Source of the DNA: Kiritimatiellia bacterium
Lineage (GTDB): Bacteria > Verrucomicrobiota > Kiritimatiellia > CAIVKH01
Direction of reading: 5' to 3'
Length of the DNA: 64,000 bases
Assembly (NCBI GenBank): GCA_039807095.1
Contig: JBDHQM010000003.1
Location: forward strand, 24,620-88,619
Below the pieces are notes generated by a model, which was not told the DNA's origin, did not search any database, and saw only the letters and a program-made list of their open reading frames with translations. Position numbers and translations under genes: made by a program. The first letter of the stretch is position 1. Each line of letters begins with the position of its first letter. Positions 35,672 through 45,349 of this stretch are shown here, in pieces.

Positions 35672-37446
35672 GTCTTTTGTCGGGTATCGAGGCGGGATTT
35701 GAGGCCCATGCTGCGGGTGGTGGCTTTGAGGATGCCGGATTTGAAAGATTCCTCTTCGCACCAGAGGTCTACGCCGGTTTCGGTGCGGGTGATGGCGGTG
35801 TAGATCAGTTCGCGCGTGAGAATGGGGCTGTCCTGAGTCGGCAGTAGTACGGCGACGTGATTGAAGCCGGAGCCCTGCGCTTTGTGAACGGTCATCGCAA
35901 AGGCGGTTTCGTGTTCAGGCAAGAGCCGTGTGGGTAGCGGAGTAGCGCGTGTTTCGAAGTGCGCGACAAGATTGCCGGTCTCGTCGGGCAGGATGATGCC
36001 GATGTCGCCGTTAAACAGCTGAACCTCGTAATCGTTTTTCGTCACGAGAATGGGGCGATGGTCATAAAAATCTCCGCGCCGGTTCGGGAAGAGTAGGCCT
36101 TCGATAAGCCGATTGATTCTATCCACGCCGGTTGCGCCGCGACGGAGCGCGCAAAGCACGCGAAATTGAGCGAATGCATCGAATGCCGCACGAGGATCCT
36201 TCGCCTCGCAAAATGCTCGGTAGCGCTCACGTACCAGCGTCGCAAAGTCATCGGGATACTCACGGAACGTGAACTCTTTTATTGTTCTATGGAGTGTGAC
36301 TTTTTTCCCCTCTACCCCAGCAGTGCCTTCTGAAAGGATTGTCCATGCCTCATCAGCATTTGCCTCACGCACGGTCTGACTGAGCGGGGTGACAGCGGAA
36401 TCGGCATCGAAACGCTTGCTCTCGGTCAGCTCGACGACGCAGTTCTTCAACGCCTGCGACTCACATATTTCGGCCATCACGCTGCCGGGATCCACGGACG
36501 CCAGTTGATTTTTGTCACCGAGCAGGATTAGGCGCGCATCGGGCGGAAGCGCGTCCAGCAGTTTCGCCATTCGCGGCAAATCCACCATGCTCGTTTCATC
36601 TATGAGAAGAACGTCGGCCGCCAGCGGATTTTTGCGGTTATGGAGGAAGTAGGGCGAGTTCCGTTGATTGCCCAATAGACGCTCGATGGTGGAAGCGGGT
36701 TCTATATCAAGCCCTTTGTATTCTTCAGGAATTCCGGCGCGAATACTCTCCTGCAAACGCGCGGCGGCTTTACCGCTCGGCGCAGTCATGCGCACGCGCA
36801 AAATCTTTTCACCCGCATTTTCGCCGAGAAGCTTCAAGAGGATTGCGGCAATAGTGGTTTTCCCTGTTCCGGGGCCGCCTGTGATGATGGTCAGCCGGTT
36901 CTCCAGTCCTTTCCGGACTGCCTGCTCCTGGCTGGCAGTGAGCGAGAATTCACCGTTTTCTCCAAATGTCAGCGAATTCAGGCGTTGCTGAATTTCTTCG
37001 GAAACTTGCGCGGGCTTTTTTTCGGCGAGGGAGAGCAGTTTCTCCGCGACAAATTTTTCGTAGTTCCAGAAACGGCGGAGATACAGGCGATGATTGTGCA
37101 GAACGAATGGCGTCTGTTTTGCGTCGCCATCGCCGACCAGTGCAGCGCAGTCTTTGATGACATCTTCAGTGGCCTTTGGTCTGGGGAGTGTTGAAATGCC
37201 GCTCCCGACATCGCGTGTTTCATCATCGTTGTTGCGGATTGCGCGCTCCAGTTGCCACCAGGTGTCGGACTGCAGATCGAGACAGACGTGTCCATCACCG
37301 GATACGCGGATCGCGAGCGCAAGAATCGCCTGTACTTCGTCGGAAGGAATTTTGTCCGAAGCGAAGCGGCGAACGAGTGCATCTACGGCATGAATATCCA
37401 GTTCGCGCAGCAGGTCCGCGTTAAACAAACTCTCCACGTTCATCAC
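35668..37446 (-). CDS. recD: Exodeoxyribonuclease V alpha subunit
   Basis: Walker A GGPGTGKTT, LIDETSMVD (motif II), SF1B helicase C-terminal motifs (MTVHKAQGS). GTG start overlaps the recB stop. Confidence 0.9.
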   Translation of the reverse strand: MMNVESLFNADLLRELDIHAVDALVRRFASDKIPSDEVQAILALAIRVSGDGHVCLDLQSDTWWQLERAIRNNDDETRDVGSGISTLPRPKATEDVIKDCAALVGDGDAKQTPFVLHNHRLYLRRFWNYEKFVAEKLLSLAEKKPAQVSEEIQQRLNSLTFGENGEFSLTASQEQAVRKGLENRLTIITGGPGTGKTTIAAILLKLLGENAGEKILRVRMTAPSGKAAARLQESIRAGIPEEYKGLDIEPASTIERLLGNQRNSPYFLHNRKNPLAADVLLIDETSMVDLPRMAKLLDALPPDARLILLGDKNQLASVDPGSVMAEICESQALKNCVVELTESKRFDADSAVTPLSQTVREANADEAWTILSEGTAGVEGKKVTLHRTIKEFTFREYPDDFATLVRERYRAFCEAKDPRAAFDAFAQFRVLCALRRGATGVDRINRLIEGLLFPNRRGDFYDHRPILVTKNDYEVQLFNGDIGIILPDETGNLVAHFETRATPLPTRLLPEHETAFAMTVHKAQGSGFNHVAVLLPTQDSPILTRELIYTAITRTETGVDLWCEEESFKSGILKATTRSMGLKSRLDTRQKT

Positions 37447-40400
37447 GCACCTCCGAAGAACGCAGCGAGTTCTTCGATGAGCGGCCTGGGCGGGCGATCA
37501 TGAAAGCCCCCGCGACTTGATTTACCGTCCATACCGCGCACGAAGAGGTAAAAAACGCCGCCGAAATGGGTGTCGAAGTTGTAGTCCTTCAGGCGGCTCG
37601 CCAGAAATCCGTGGAGCGCGACGGAGTAGAGGAGGTATTGCAGATAGTACATGTGCGCTTCCATCTCGGCGGCAATTCCGTCGGTGTCGAAGCCGTCCGC
37701 GCGTCCGTTGAGGCGATTTGACTTCCAATCCACGATGTAGAATTTGCCCTCGTGCTGGAAAACGAGATCCATGAAGCCGGTCATGAAACCGCGCGGGATT
37801 GTCGTATCGCGTTCTTTGATTCTCTTGATGAAATTGTCATTGCGCGCGGGTGTCTGCCAGTGCGCGTCCAGAATGTCTGCAATGTCTCTTAGTTTACGCT
37901 CCTCTTCTTTGAGCGAAAAATTGAACTCTAATTCAGACCGGCGATGCGAAAGCGGAATGTCTCTGAGCTTGAAGGAGCCGGATGCAGCGCTAAGCGGGGT
38001 CGAAAGCGTATTCGCGATCATCGTGTGAACTGCTTCGCGCTGCCTTTCGAGCAAGGCTCTCTTTTCTTGAGGCATGCCGTCCGTCGGTCGAGGGCAGATC
38101 CGGTATTTATCGAGCACGCGGTCTGTGATTTCGCGAATGGATTTCGTGCTGTCCTGGAAGTCGCTGAGTTCAAAGATTTCGTGCCAGCATTCGCCCAGCT
38201 TTGCGCCGCCCGGGATGCTGAAGATTGGATCAGGTTGCGTCTCGTCCATTTCAGGAAGCGTTGCCTCGGTTTGATCCACGTCGCGAATTTCAGGCTCTTT
38301 TGCTTTGGCTTCGCGATGCGAAGCCAAGCCGGAAAAGCTCGCGTGGCCGTGTGACTTGTCCACCGGAGCTTTTAGTTTGCGCTCTGATAGTGCTGCCGCA
38401 TCGGGCATCGGCGAGCCTTTCCATTTTTCCTCGGCAGGCTCGGGTGCCTCCTGCTGCTCGATGTTGCTCGCATTTTTGTCAGGCCGATTCAGGGCATTTA
38501 GTACATGTGCGGCGGCGTATTTCGTTGCATCGGCACTTTTTTCACTCGCGAAAAGGTAGACGCGATTGATCGCGCGGGTGAGGGCGACGTACACCTTGCG
38601 AATGTTTTCTTCGTGCACCTCTTGTACGGCTCTCTCTTTATTGGGTGAGCCGCTCTTGTCGAGGTCGAGGATAAGTTTGTTCTGTTCATCGTGATACTTG
38701 ATGAACTTGGACTTATTTCCTCCGGCGGTGGATTGTTGTTGCGAAAGTGTAGGAACGAAGACGATCGGGAACTGCAGGCCCTTGCTTTTGAAGACCGTCA
38801 TGATTTGAACCGCATCGTCGTCGTCTGTGATCCGCGGCTTGTGTTCGTCGTTTTCGTCATCGTCGCGTTCGTCGTCATTTGTCTGACGGGCGAACCAGGT
38901 GTTGAGCGCGATGGGGCCGAGGCGTCGTTCGGTCGCTTCACGATGGATGAGTTCGACAAGGTGTTGCAGCTCGATACAGCGCCGTTTTCCGTTTTCCTGT
39001 TTTGCTAGATGCGGAAAGAGTTTCAGTTCCAGTGCGAGATAGCGGAATGCATCCACGAACGATGACTCTTCCCAGCGCTTCCCGGCGTTGCGAAACTTCT
39101 CGACCCAACCTTCAAACGATGAGAGCGGATCTTGAGTCGCGGATGTTTGTGCGTTTTGAACAGGTTGAGCTGCCCGGATCGCCTCTTCCTCCGCTTTGAA
39201 GCGCATGAGCATTTCGGCCGAGCAGGGGAGTAGGCCCGTCGCCAGTGCGCTGCGAATCATTCGGGATTTGCCCGGCTCCAGCATCGCCTGCATGAGTAGC
39301 GCAAGGCGCGGCGCATCCGGCGAGTCGAAGACATTTCCGGATGCCTGCCGCACTGCATTCACGCCGCGCTCAATGAGCGCATCCTGAATTTCAAGCGCCT
39401 CCTTGTGAGCCTTCACAAGCACCGCGATCTGTCCGGGATGCACTCGCTCGCCGCCGATGGCGGTGGACGAGTCGCTCAGCAGGCGCACAATTTCGGAGAC
39501 AGTGTAGCGCGCCCATTCGTTCTCCTTCCCTTCGGCAATTCGCCAGATTTTGAGTGGGCAATCGTCGCGTTTTTTGCTGATTAGTAATTCTTTATCGGTG
39601 CCAACGTCGTTGGCATTCAGTTGCCCATCATACGGCACATTTTCGTTCAGGAACGTACGGCCACCGGGCGGGTCTGCAAAAAGCTGGTTGATTGCAGCGA
39701 CGAGATTCTTTTCCGAGCGATAGTTCGTGCCCAGCGAGTGTTGCTCATTGGTCGAAATTTTGCTTTTGGCTTCGTAGTAGGTGAAAACATCTCCGCCGCG
39801 GAAACCGTAGATCGCCTGTTTGGGGTCACCGACGAAGACGAGCGGTGTTTTTGATTCTGGGGCTCCGAAGAGGTCCCAGAAAATATCGTACTGAATCGAG
39901 TCGGTATCCTGAAATTCGTCAATCAGGGCCGCCTTGAACTCGTCGCGCAATACTTCTCGCAAACGCGGTCCCGCCTGCCCGCTTTTCAGCACTGCCTGCA
40001 CATTTTCGAGCATCGAATCATACGTCAGCGCAATCCGGTCGCGAAGACGACCGGATATCTGTTTTCGCAAGTCCTCTACTACAGTCGCCTGCTTCCCCAG
40101 CTCGAAATGTTCTGTCCCGTGATTGTTCTTTCCGAGTCCCTGTAGTGCGCGAGCGAAAGATATTGCATCAGCACCTGAAGCTGGCAGGTCTCTCATTGCC
40201 TTTAGGGTCTCATGCATCGAAATGGCGGCAGGGAAATTTTCGTTTGGAAGTTGTGGCGGTATGCCAAAAGAATCTAGCCACGCGGTGAATTCCGCATGGT
40301 TTTGCTGAAAGAGTTGAGAGAGGGTAGAGAGATCAATTCGAGTTTGGTCTTTTTTCCCTTGAATGAGAGCAGGGCCGGAAGGCCAGATAAGAGTCCTGGG

Positions 40401-41075
40401 CATCCGCCCAATACCCGCCCATATTTTTTCACAGGCCTCTACCCATTCGCGGAAAGCAGGCGTATCGGGGAAGCTCGCGCCTCTTATTTGAGCCGTTGGG
40501 TTTTTGTGGGCTTCGGAGACGAGTTTGAAGAGGGCGTCGAATTTTTCAAAAGGGACGCTGCCGCTGTAGGCATTTTGGCGCCACCAGTCGCGGCAGGTTT
40601 CGCGGACGATTTCGGACGCTTCGCTCATCAGCTCGGCGTCGGGGTCGTGACCACATTCGAAGGCGTAGTGATCCAACACACGGTTGCAGAATCCGTGGAT
40701 CGTGAAAATTGCAGCGCTGTCGAAATCCATGAGCGCTACTCTGATGCGCTTCGATAACTCATCCGCAGATGCGCCCGACGCGGCGATTGCCGCTGTTATG
40801 CGCTGAGCATCTGTCGAGTTAGCTGCTTGTGCTGCCCCGTCGAGGTGATAACGGCACTGAACAAGAATCGTGCGGAGGCGGTCGCGTAACTCGCGCGTCG
40901 CGGCGTTGGTGAATGTGACGACGAGGATTTGCTGCACCGCCAGTCCTTGGAGGATGAGGCGAAGATAGACATTCTGAATATTGTATGTCTTGCCCGTGCC
41001 GGCACTGGCTTCGACGAGCATGGGCTGCTCAAACTTCGTCTGCGGATCAAATACGATGGTGCTGAACTCGCTCAT
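37443..41075 (-). CDS. recB: Exodeoxyribonuclease V beta subunit (UvrD-type helicase + PD-(D/E)XK nuclease)
   Basis: Start at ATG 41075 (ATGA overlap with the recC stop). EASAGTGKT Walker A, DEFQDTD, C-terminal nuclease motif GFMDLVF...YIVDWKSN. Confidence 0.9.
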   Translation of the reverse strand: MSEFSTIVFDPQTKFEQPMLVEASAGTGKTYNIQNVYLRLILQGLAVQQILVVTFTNAATRELRDRLRTILVQCRYHLDGAAQAANSTDAQRITAAIAASGASADELSKRIRVALMDFDSAAIFTIHGFCNRVLDHYAFECGHDPDAELMSEASEIVRETCRDWWRQNAYSGSVPFEKFDALFKLVSEAHKNPTAQIRGASFPDTPAFREWVEACEKIWAGIGRMPRTLIWPSGPALIQGKKDQTRIDLSTLSQLFQQNHAEFTAWLDSFGIPPQLPNENFPAAISMHETLKAMRDLPASGADAISFARALQGLGKNNHGTEHFELGKQATVVEDLRKQISGRLRDRIALTYDSMLENVQAVLKSGQAGPRLREVLRDEFKAALIDEFQDTDSIQYDIFWDLFGAPESKTPLVFVGDPKQAIYGFRGGDVFTYYEAKSKISTNEQHSLGTNYRSEKNLVAAINQLFADPPGGRTFLNENVPYDGQLNANDVGTDKELLISKKRDDCPLKIWRIAEGKENEWARYTVSEIVRLLSDSSTAIGGERVHPGQIAVLVKAHKEALEIQDALIERGVNAVRQASGNVFDSPDAPRLALLMQAMLEPGKSRMIRSALATGLLPCSAEMLMRFKAEEEAIRAAQPVQNAQTSATQDPLSSFEGWVEKFRNAGKRWEESSFVDAFRYLALELKLFPHLAKQENGKRRCIELQHLVELIHREATERRLGPIALNTWFARQTNDDERDDDENDEHKPRITDDDDAVQIMTVFKSKGLQFPIVFVPTLSQQQSTAGGNKSKFIKYHDEQNKLILDLDKSGSPNKERAVQEVHEENIRKVYVALTRAINRVYLFASEKSADATKYAAAHVLNALNRPDKNASNIEQQEAPEPAEEKWKGSPMPDAAALSERKLKAPVDKSHGHASFSGLASHREAKAKEPEIRDVDQTEATLPEMDETQPDPIFSIPGGAKLGECWHEIFELSDFQDSTKSIREITDRVLDKYRICPRPTDGMPQEKRALLERQREAVHTMIANTLSTPLSAASGSFKLRDIPLSHRRSELEFNFSLKEEERKLRDIADILDAHWQTPARNDNFIKRIKERDTTIPRGFMTGFMDLVFQHEGKFYIVDWKSNRLNGRADGFDTDGIAAEMEAHMYYLQYLLYSVALHGFLASRLKDYNFDTHFGGVFYLFVRGMDGKSSRGGFHDRPPRPLIEELAAFFGGA

Positions 41076-44000
41076 TTCGACGCTTCCCCGCGTTTGAGAT
41101 GGTCCAACAATGGCTGGCCGATCCTTTTTGCCCACTCTTCGAACGCTTTTTCGTCCTTGAATGGGCCCGTTCTGCCGAAAATAGCGACGTAGTACGGATC
41201 TTTATTTGTGTCGTATCCACCCTCGAAGGGCTTCCACGCCTTGCTCGCTCCATTCAACGCGTTTTCCGAATTTTTTCCGGCGAGCAGTTCCACATATTTG
41301 AACGACACTTCCGGAACAAACGGCGGCACGGGCGTGTATTCAGTAAGAAAGATGTGGACATATTCGCCCAGCAGTGTTGCGGCATCTTCCGATTTGAGGA
41401 ATAGCGCACACTTAAGATCGTCACCCTTGCCTTGTGCGTTGAGCGATTCTACGGGCTTGCCTGCTGCATTCGCGAAGAGGTGTTTGAGCCACGTTGCGAA
41501 GAGGCGACGATACTTGAAGGTCGAGGCGTGGAAATCGAGAATCACCGGGCCGGTGAGAATTGGCGAGGAGCCTGAGAGGCGGACAGTTGTTGTTTTCTCA
41601 ACCGGGATGTCAATGCTCAGGTTCTGAGGCGGCGTGTTGGCATGTGCTGTAAGTGCATCCTTCAGCGTATCAAAGTGTGGGACGGGTTGTTTGAGCAGTT
41701 CATCCACTTTGGCTTTGAATTCTTCGAACCAGTGCTCGCCCCAGTTGGCAAGCGGAAGGAGGTTGTCGGCGGCGATTTGCGCGCGTGCGGCATCCGGCTG
41801 TCCGGCGATGGTTGCGTCAATGATGCGTTGGCGAATCTTCGACTCGTCGAGATGAGTGGGGTCGAATACTTCGGCATCTTTCGGAAGTTCGTCCAGCAAG
41901 GGGCGAGGCTCTGCTCCGAGTACTTTCCGGAAGTAGTACTTTGCCGGATTATCGAAGTAGCGGATCAGCTCATCCAGATCAACGTTGACGGTTGACGTCG
42001 GCGTCTTGGGTGCGGGTGCTTGCGCCGCCGGCTCGGATGGAACGGCAAGGGCTTTGGCCGTGTTGCAATTGCTCTCGGAGTAGGAGAAGAGTTTGGATTT
42101 GGTGTCGAAATAGTCGGGGTGGTACGGAGCGAGGCGGTGTTCGAAGCGACGGACCTCTGGTTGGAAATTGTGCTTGAGGTATTCCAGCAGCTCGCGCACG
42201 GCCACGGATTCCGGCATGAGCGTGTTGTCTTCTTCAGAGAACGCGGGATAGAGGATCAGCAACCGCTCTCGCGCGTTGAGGAGGACTTCGAGAAAGGCCT
42301 GGCGGTCTTCGATTGCGAGGGAACGGTCGCCCATTTTACGTGCATCACGGAGAAGATCGTATGCGGGGCGTTTTTCCGAGCGGGGGAAGAGTCCGTCGCC
42401 CATGCCGAGGAGTGCCTGGACGTGGCGGGGCGTACTACTGCCCGGGCGGAGCGAGGTGAAGATGACGGCGTTGCGGTTGAGGTCTGTGCCACCGGTGAGA
42501 TCGCCGAGGTGGCCGGTGAGAAATTCGCGGATCACTGATAGCGGAAGTTTTTCTTCGCCAAAATCTGCCGCCTTAGCGCTTGTTGCCAGCAGGCGGATAG
42601 CGCTCTTTAGAATTGCGATATCGCGATAGGTTTCGTTGTCGCTGAGGAAAAAATCGTCCACAAGCGCGTTGAGATGTTCGACCCAGTTCGCCACCGAATG
42701 TTGGCCCTGGCTGAAGCTCGCGAACTCGGTCAGCTTGCTGTAGAAGTGGGCGAGATAGCCGAGACGCACGGCTTCGCCGCCTTCGACGGCATCGCACGGA
42801 ACGATCTCAAGTTTCGGAGCGTCGTCCGCGAAATCGGTTCCCATCGCGTAGCCTACGAAAAGCCGGTCGAGCCCATAGCCCCAGGTCGTTTCCTCACCAA
42901 ATGTAGCGTCTGAAACCCGTTTGCGGTGCTCTGGATCCCGGCCCCAGCGAACGCCCCCACGGTTGAGCCAAACTGCGGCATCGTCCACTTCTTCGGCTTC
43001 TAGGCCGAATTGCTTCGCGATGGCGGGATAACGCAAAAGTTCAAGCAATTCGGGCGCAGTGAAGCGACTGTCCGCGAGATTGAGCAGTGTGCGGAATGCG
43101 TTGGACGCCAGACTCTCTCCAGCGGATACGCGGTCCGCTATGATGAATGGAATTGTTTTCGGGCCATTCGGATTCACGGCCGAAAAGACCGCTTCGATAT
43201 ACGGCGCATAGACGTTGAGGTCCGGTGTCTGAACCTGAATATGGCGCGGCTGGAGGCCTTCGATGGTATTGAAACATTCGAGGAGCTGGTCACGCAGAAT
43301 TTCCACCTCACGCATTTTTCCGTGGCAGAGGTGGAGTTGAATGGAGTTGTCGGGCTGTGCAACTTCGGTAGCGGGCGAGGTATCGCACGCTACAATAGAT
43401 TGCTGGAGCTTCGCCAGCAGCGATGAGCCGTCAGGGGTGATGAAAATATCGTTGAGTTGGCCGCCCGAAAGGTCAAGCGCGGCGGCGACGCTGTCGCGGC
43501 TGCCGCGAGCATAGGCATCGAGGAGCGGATGCTTGAGATCGAGCAGTTCGCCGGAATCGTCCGGCAATTCGTGGAATGCGTCCTGCCGGATTTTGCTTTT
43601 CAACGATTCGCGATCGAACCAATCGGTCTCCGACGGGTTGAATAAATAGAAGTCAACGGGAAGGATATTGCCTAGGTGGTGGAAGAATGTCAGGTGCACC
43701 GGCGGGAGCATGGAGGGTGCGAAGACGAAGATGCGGCGGTAGGTGTTCTGGATGCCGCAATTCGCGAGATCGTTCTGCATCCGGCGATACGCGGCGAGAT
43801 ACGTTTTGTCGCGCAGTCCGTCGGTCAGCATCCGCCAGAGTTCAGGTTCCCACGCGAGCGATTCGTTGCCCTCGACCGCCGTGTGTTTTCCGTTTTCCCA
43901 GTCGAGCATCATTTGCGGGCGATAGGAAATATACTGATTCATCAGCGCGGCAAGGCGTCCCGCGAGTTTGAAGCATTTGCGCGGATCGCGCTCGTCTTTC

Positions 44001-44395
44001 GTCGTTATGTAGCGCTCGATGGGAGCAAAAACGGGAGGAAGTTCTGGTGTGCGCAGAATGTTGTAGATCCGCCAGCGCATACTCTTTACGGAGAATGGAT
44101 GCTGCTCCGGGTCGGGCGTGCCGCCGCCGGGATGATCCATACGGTAGAGCCAATCGTTGACAAAAAGGCTGAGCAGCGGGAAGTCGCAATCGGCGAGAAC
44201 ATTCGGGGCGGCATCCCGTTCGCGGTCGAAAAGGAAATACTGCTGGAGCCATGCCTGCTGGGTCCGGCTTGGAAGGACGATGCAATCGCGCCTCGCGAAA
44301 ATAGCATCAACGGACGACCGGTTCGCGTAAAGCTTGTCGAACAGGTTGCCCGCCAACTTCTCGAGATTGTTTCCCCACGTGATACTAAGTGCCAT
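41072..44395 (-). CDS. recC: Exodeoxyribonuclease V gamma subunit
   Basis: 1107 aa, first gene of the recC-recB-recD set. N-terminal region (IVLPSRTQQAWLQQYF...) and overall length are typical of RecC. Confidence 0.85.
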   Translation of the reverse strand: MALSITWGNNLEKLAGNLFDKLYANRSSVDAIFARRDCIVLPSRTQQAWLQQYFLFDRERDAAPNVLADCDFPLLSLFVNDWLYRMDHPGGGTPDPEQHPFSVKSMRWRIYNILRTPELPPVFAPIERYITTKDERDPRKCFKLAGRLAALMNQYISYRPQMMLDWENGKHTAVEGNESLAWEPELWRMLTDGLRDKTYLAAYRRMQNDLANCGIQNTYRRIFVFAPSMLPPVHLTFFHHLGNILPVDFYLFNPSETDWFDRESLKSKIRQDAFHELPDDSGELLDLKHPLLDAYARGSRDSVAAALDLSGGQLNDIFITPDGSSLLAKLQQSIVACDTSPATEVAQPDNSIQLHLCHGKMREVEILRDQLLECFNTIEGLQPRHIQVQTPDLNVYAPYIEAVFSAVNPNGPKTIPFIIADRVSAGESLASNAFRTLLNLADSRFTAPELLELLRYPAIAKQFGLEAEEVDDAAVWLNRGGVRWGRDPEHRKRVSDATFGEETTWGYGLDRLFVGYAMGTDFADDAPKLEIVPCDAVEGGEAVRLGYLAHFYSKLTEFASFSQGQHSVANWVEHLNALVDDFFLSDNETYRDIAILKSAIRLLATSAKAADFGEEKLPLSVIREFLTGHLGDLTGGTDLNRNAVIFTSLRPGSSTPRHVQALLGMGDGLFPRSEKRPAYDLLRDARKMGDRSLAIEDRQAFLEVLLNARERLLILYPAFSEEDNTLMPESVAVRELLEYLKHNFQPEVRRFEHRLAPYHPDYFDTKSKLFSYSESNCNTAKALAVPSEPAAQAPAPKTPTSTVNVDLDELIRYFDNPAKYYFRKVLGAEPRPLLDELPKDAEVFDPTHLDESKIRQRIIDATIAGQPDAARAQIAADNLLPLANWGEHWFEEFKAKVDELLKQPVPHFDTLKDALTAHANTPPQNLSIDIPVEKTTTVRLSGSSPILTGPVILDFHASTFKYRRLFATWLKHLFANAAGKPVESLNAQGKGDDLKCALFLKSEDAATLLGEYVHIFLTEYTPVPPFVPEVSFKYVELLAGKNSENALNGASKAWKPFEGGYDTNKDPYYVAIFGRTGPFKDEKAFEEWAKRIGQPLLDHLKRGEASK

Positions 44396-44554
44396 TACCC
44401 GATATCAATACCAGAACTCCCTTTCCGCTTCGAGCCGGGATTGTGTCATAAGCGCGAAAATTACGGATGCGAACGCTCAACGCATCGAGGTGTAGCGGGC
44501 CGTGTTCACCCGTGTGGCGAGTTCGTGACGTGAGGGGTGCTGACGGTCCCGCCC

Positions 44555-44575
44555 CCGTCCACCTTGTGTGGACGG
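44555..44575. repeat. REP-like hairpin CCGTCCAC-cttgt-GTGGACGG
   Basis: 8-bp stem 14 nt beyond the stop of the HUH gene. The minus-strand loop reads ACAAG, so it is inverted relative to the hairpins in the 45.35-45.8 kb array. Confidence 0.55.
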
Positions 44576-44588
44576 AGCGGAAGTGGAA

Positions 44589-45326
44589 TCAGCCGCGGAC
44601 GGCTTTCATACTATATTCGCTGAATGTGCCGACATAAAACGTGTCCTTCCAGAATCCAGCCATACCGGCCGCGGCCGCTGTTTTTGCCTGGAGCTCCCTT
44701 GCAAGCGACTCCGGGTTTTTTGCTGGATCCGCCTTTGCGGCCACATGCAGATGGTCCGGCATAACGGCACATTTTGCTACAAAGGGTAGCTTGCAAGCAT
44801 CAGAAACTCTTCGAGCGATCTGGTCGCTCATTCGAGAGCGGCTGTCGGTAACCAAAACGATGTGCAAATTATACCAATATCGCCCGCTGTTTGTTTCAAA
44901 CGGCTGCGCGAGATCAATGTCAGGTTGTGAGAAAGTGTGCTGTTTCAGCGCATCGCGATAGCGCTCGTCGGCAAGGTCTGCATGTGCCAACTGGTTTCGT
45001 ATATATGCTTCGACGGTTGCCCTTGTGTTGTCACCGACTGAACGAAGCGAAACTTTCCGCGAAAAATTGGCGACGAGCTTCGCGGAGCGAATTGAGTGCT
45101 GTAGGCGCCCTTTGAGCACGCGCGTGATTTCAATAGGGGCGCTATGCGGATTTGCGCTTACGACAAGTTGATAGGATGTGGGCTGGATGCGCTGTTCAAG
45201 GATGTTTAGGCCGTCCCGCTTCCACTCGGCGACTGGTAGTCTGATATCCGTTGGCAGTGAGGTTCCGGCGCTTGGCCACGCTGTCCAACTGTAGCGTAAA
45301 TGAAATGCGTGAGGTGAGCTTTTCAT
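44589..45326 (-). CDS. IS200/Y1 (HUH) transposase-like protein with two tandem domains; candidate REP-associated tyrosine transposase (RAYT)
   Basis: Start at ATG 45326. Residues ~150-245 (YNLHIVLVT...MPDHLHVAAKADP...FWKDTFYVGTFSEYSMKAV) keep the HUH and Tyr. Residues ~8-112 (FHLRYSWTAW...SYQLVVSANP...RVLKGRLQ...SLRSVGDNTRATVEAYIRNQ) follow the same layout without HUH or Tyr. Confidence 0.65.
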   Translation of the reverse strand: MKSSPHAFHLRYSWTAWPSAGTSLPTDIRLPVAEWKRDGLNILEQRIQPTSYQLVVSANPHSAPIEITRVLKGRLQHSIRSAKLVANFSRKVSLRSVGDNTRATVEAYIRNQLAHADLADERYRDALKQHTFSQPDIDLAQPFETNSGRYWYNLHIVLVTDSRSRMSDQIARRVSDACKLPFVAKCAVMPDHLHVAAKADPAKNPESLARELQAKTAAAAGMAGFWKDTFYVGTFSEYSMKAVRG

Positions 45327-45349
45327 GTGGCGAGTGAACAGCTTCTTCA

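Noticed and set aside
35668-44395. recBCD-like genes as a novel helicase-nuclease defence system
   Set aside because: All three proteins carry the canonical RecD, RecB (UvrD helicase + PD-(D/E)XK) and RecC features in the standard operon order, which indicates the housekeeping exonuclease V.
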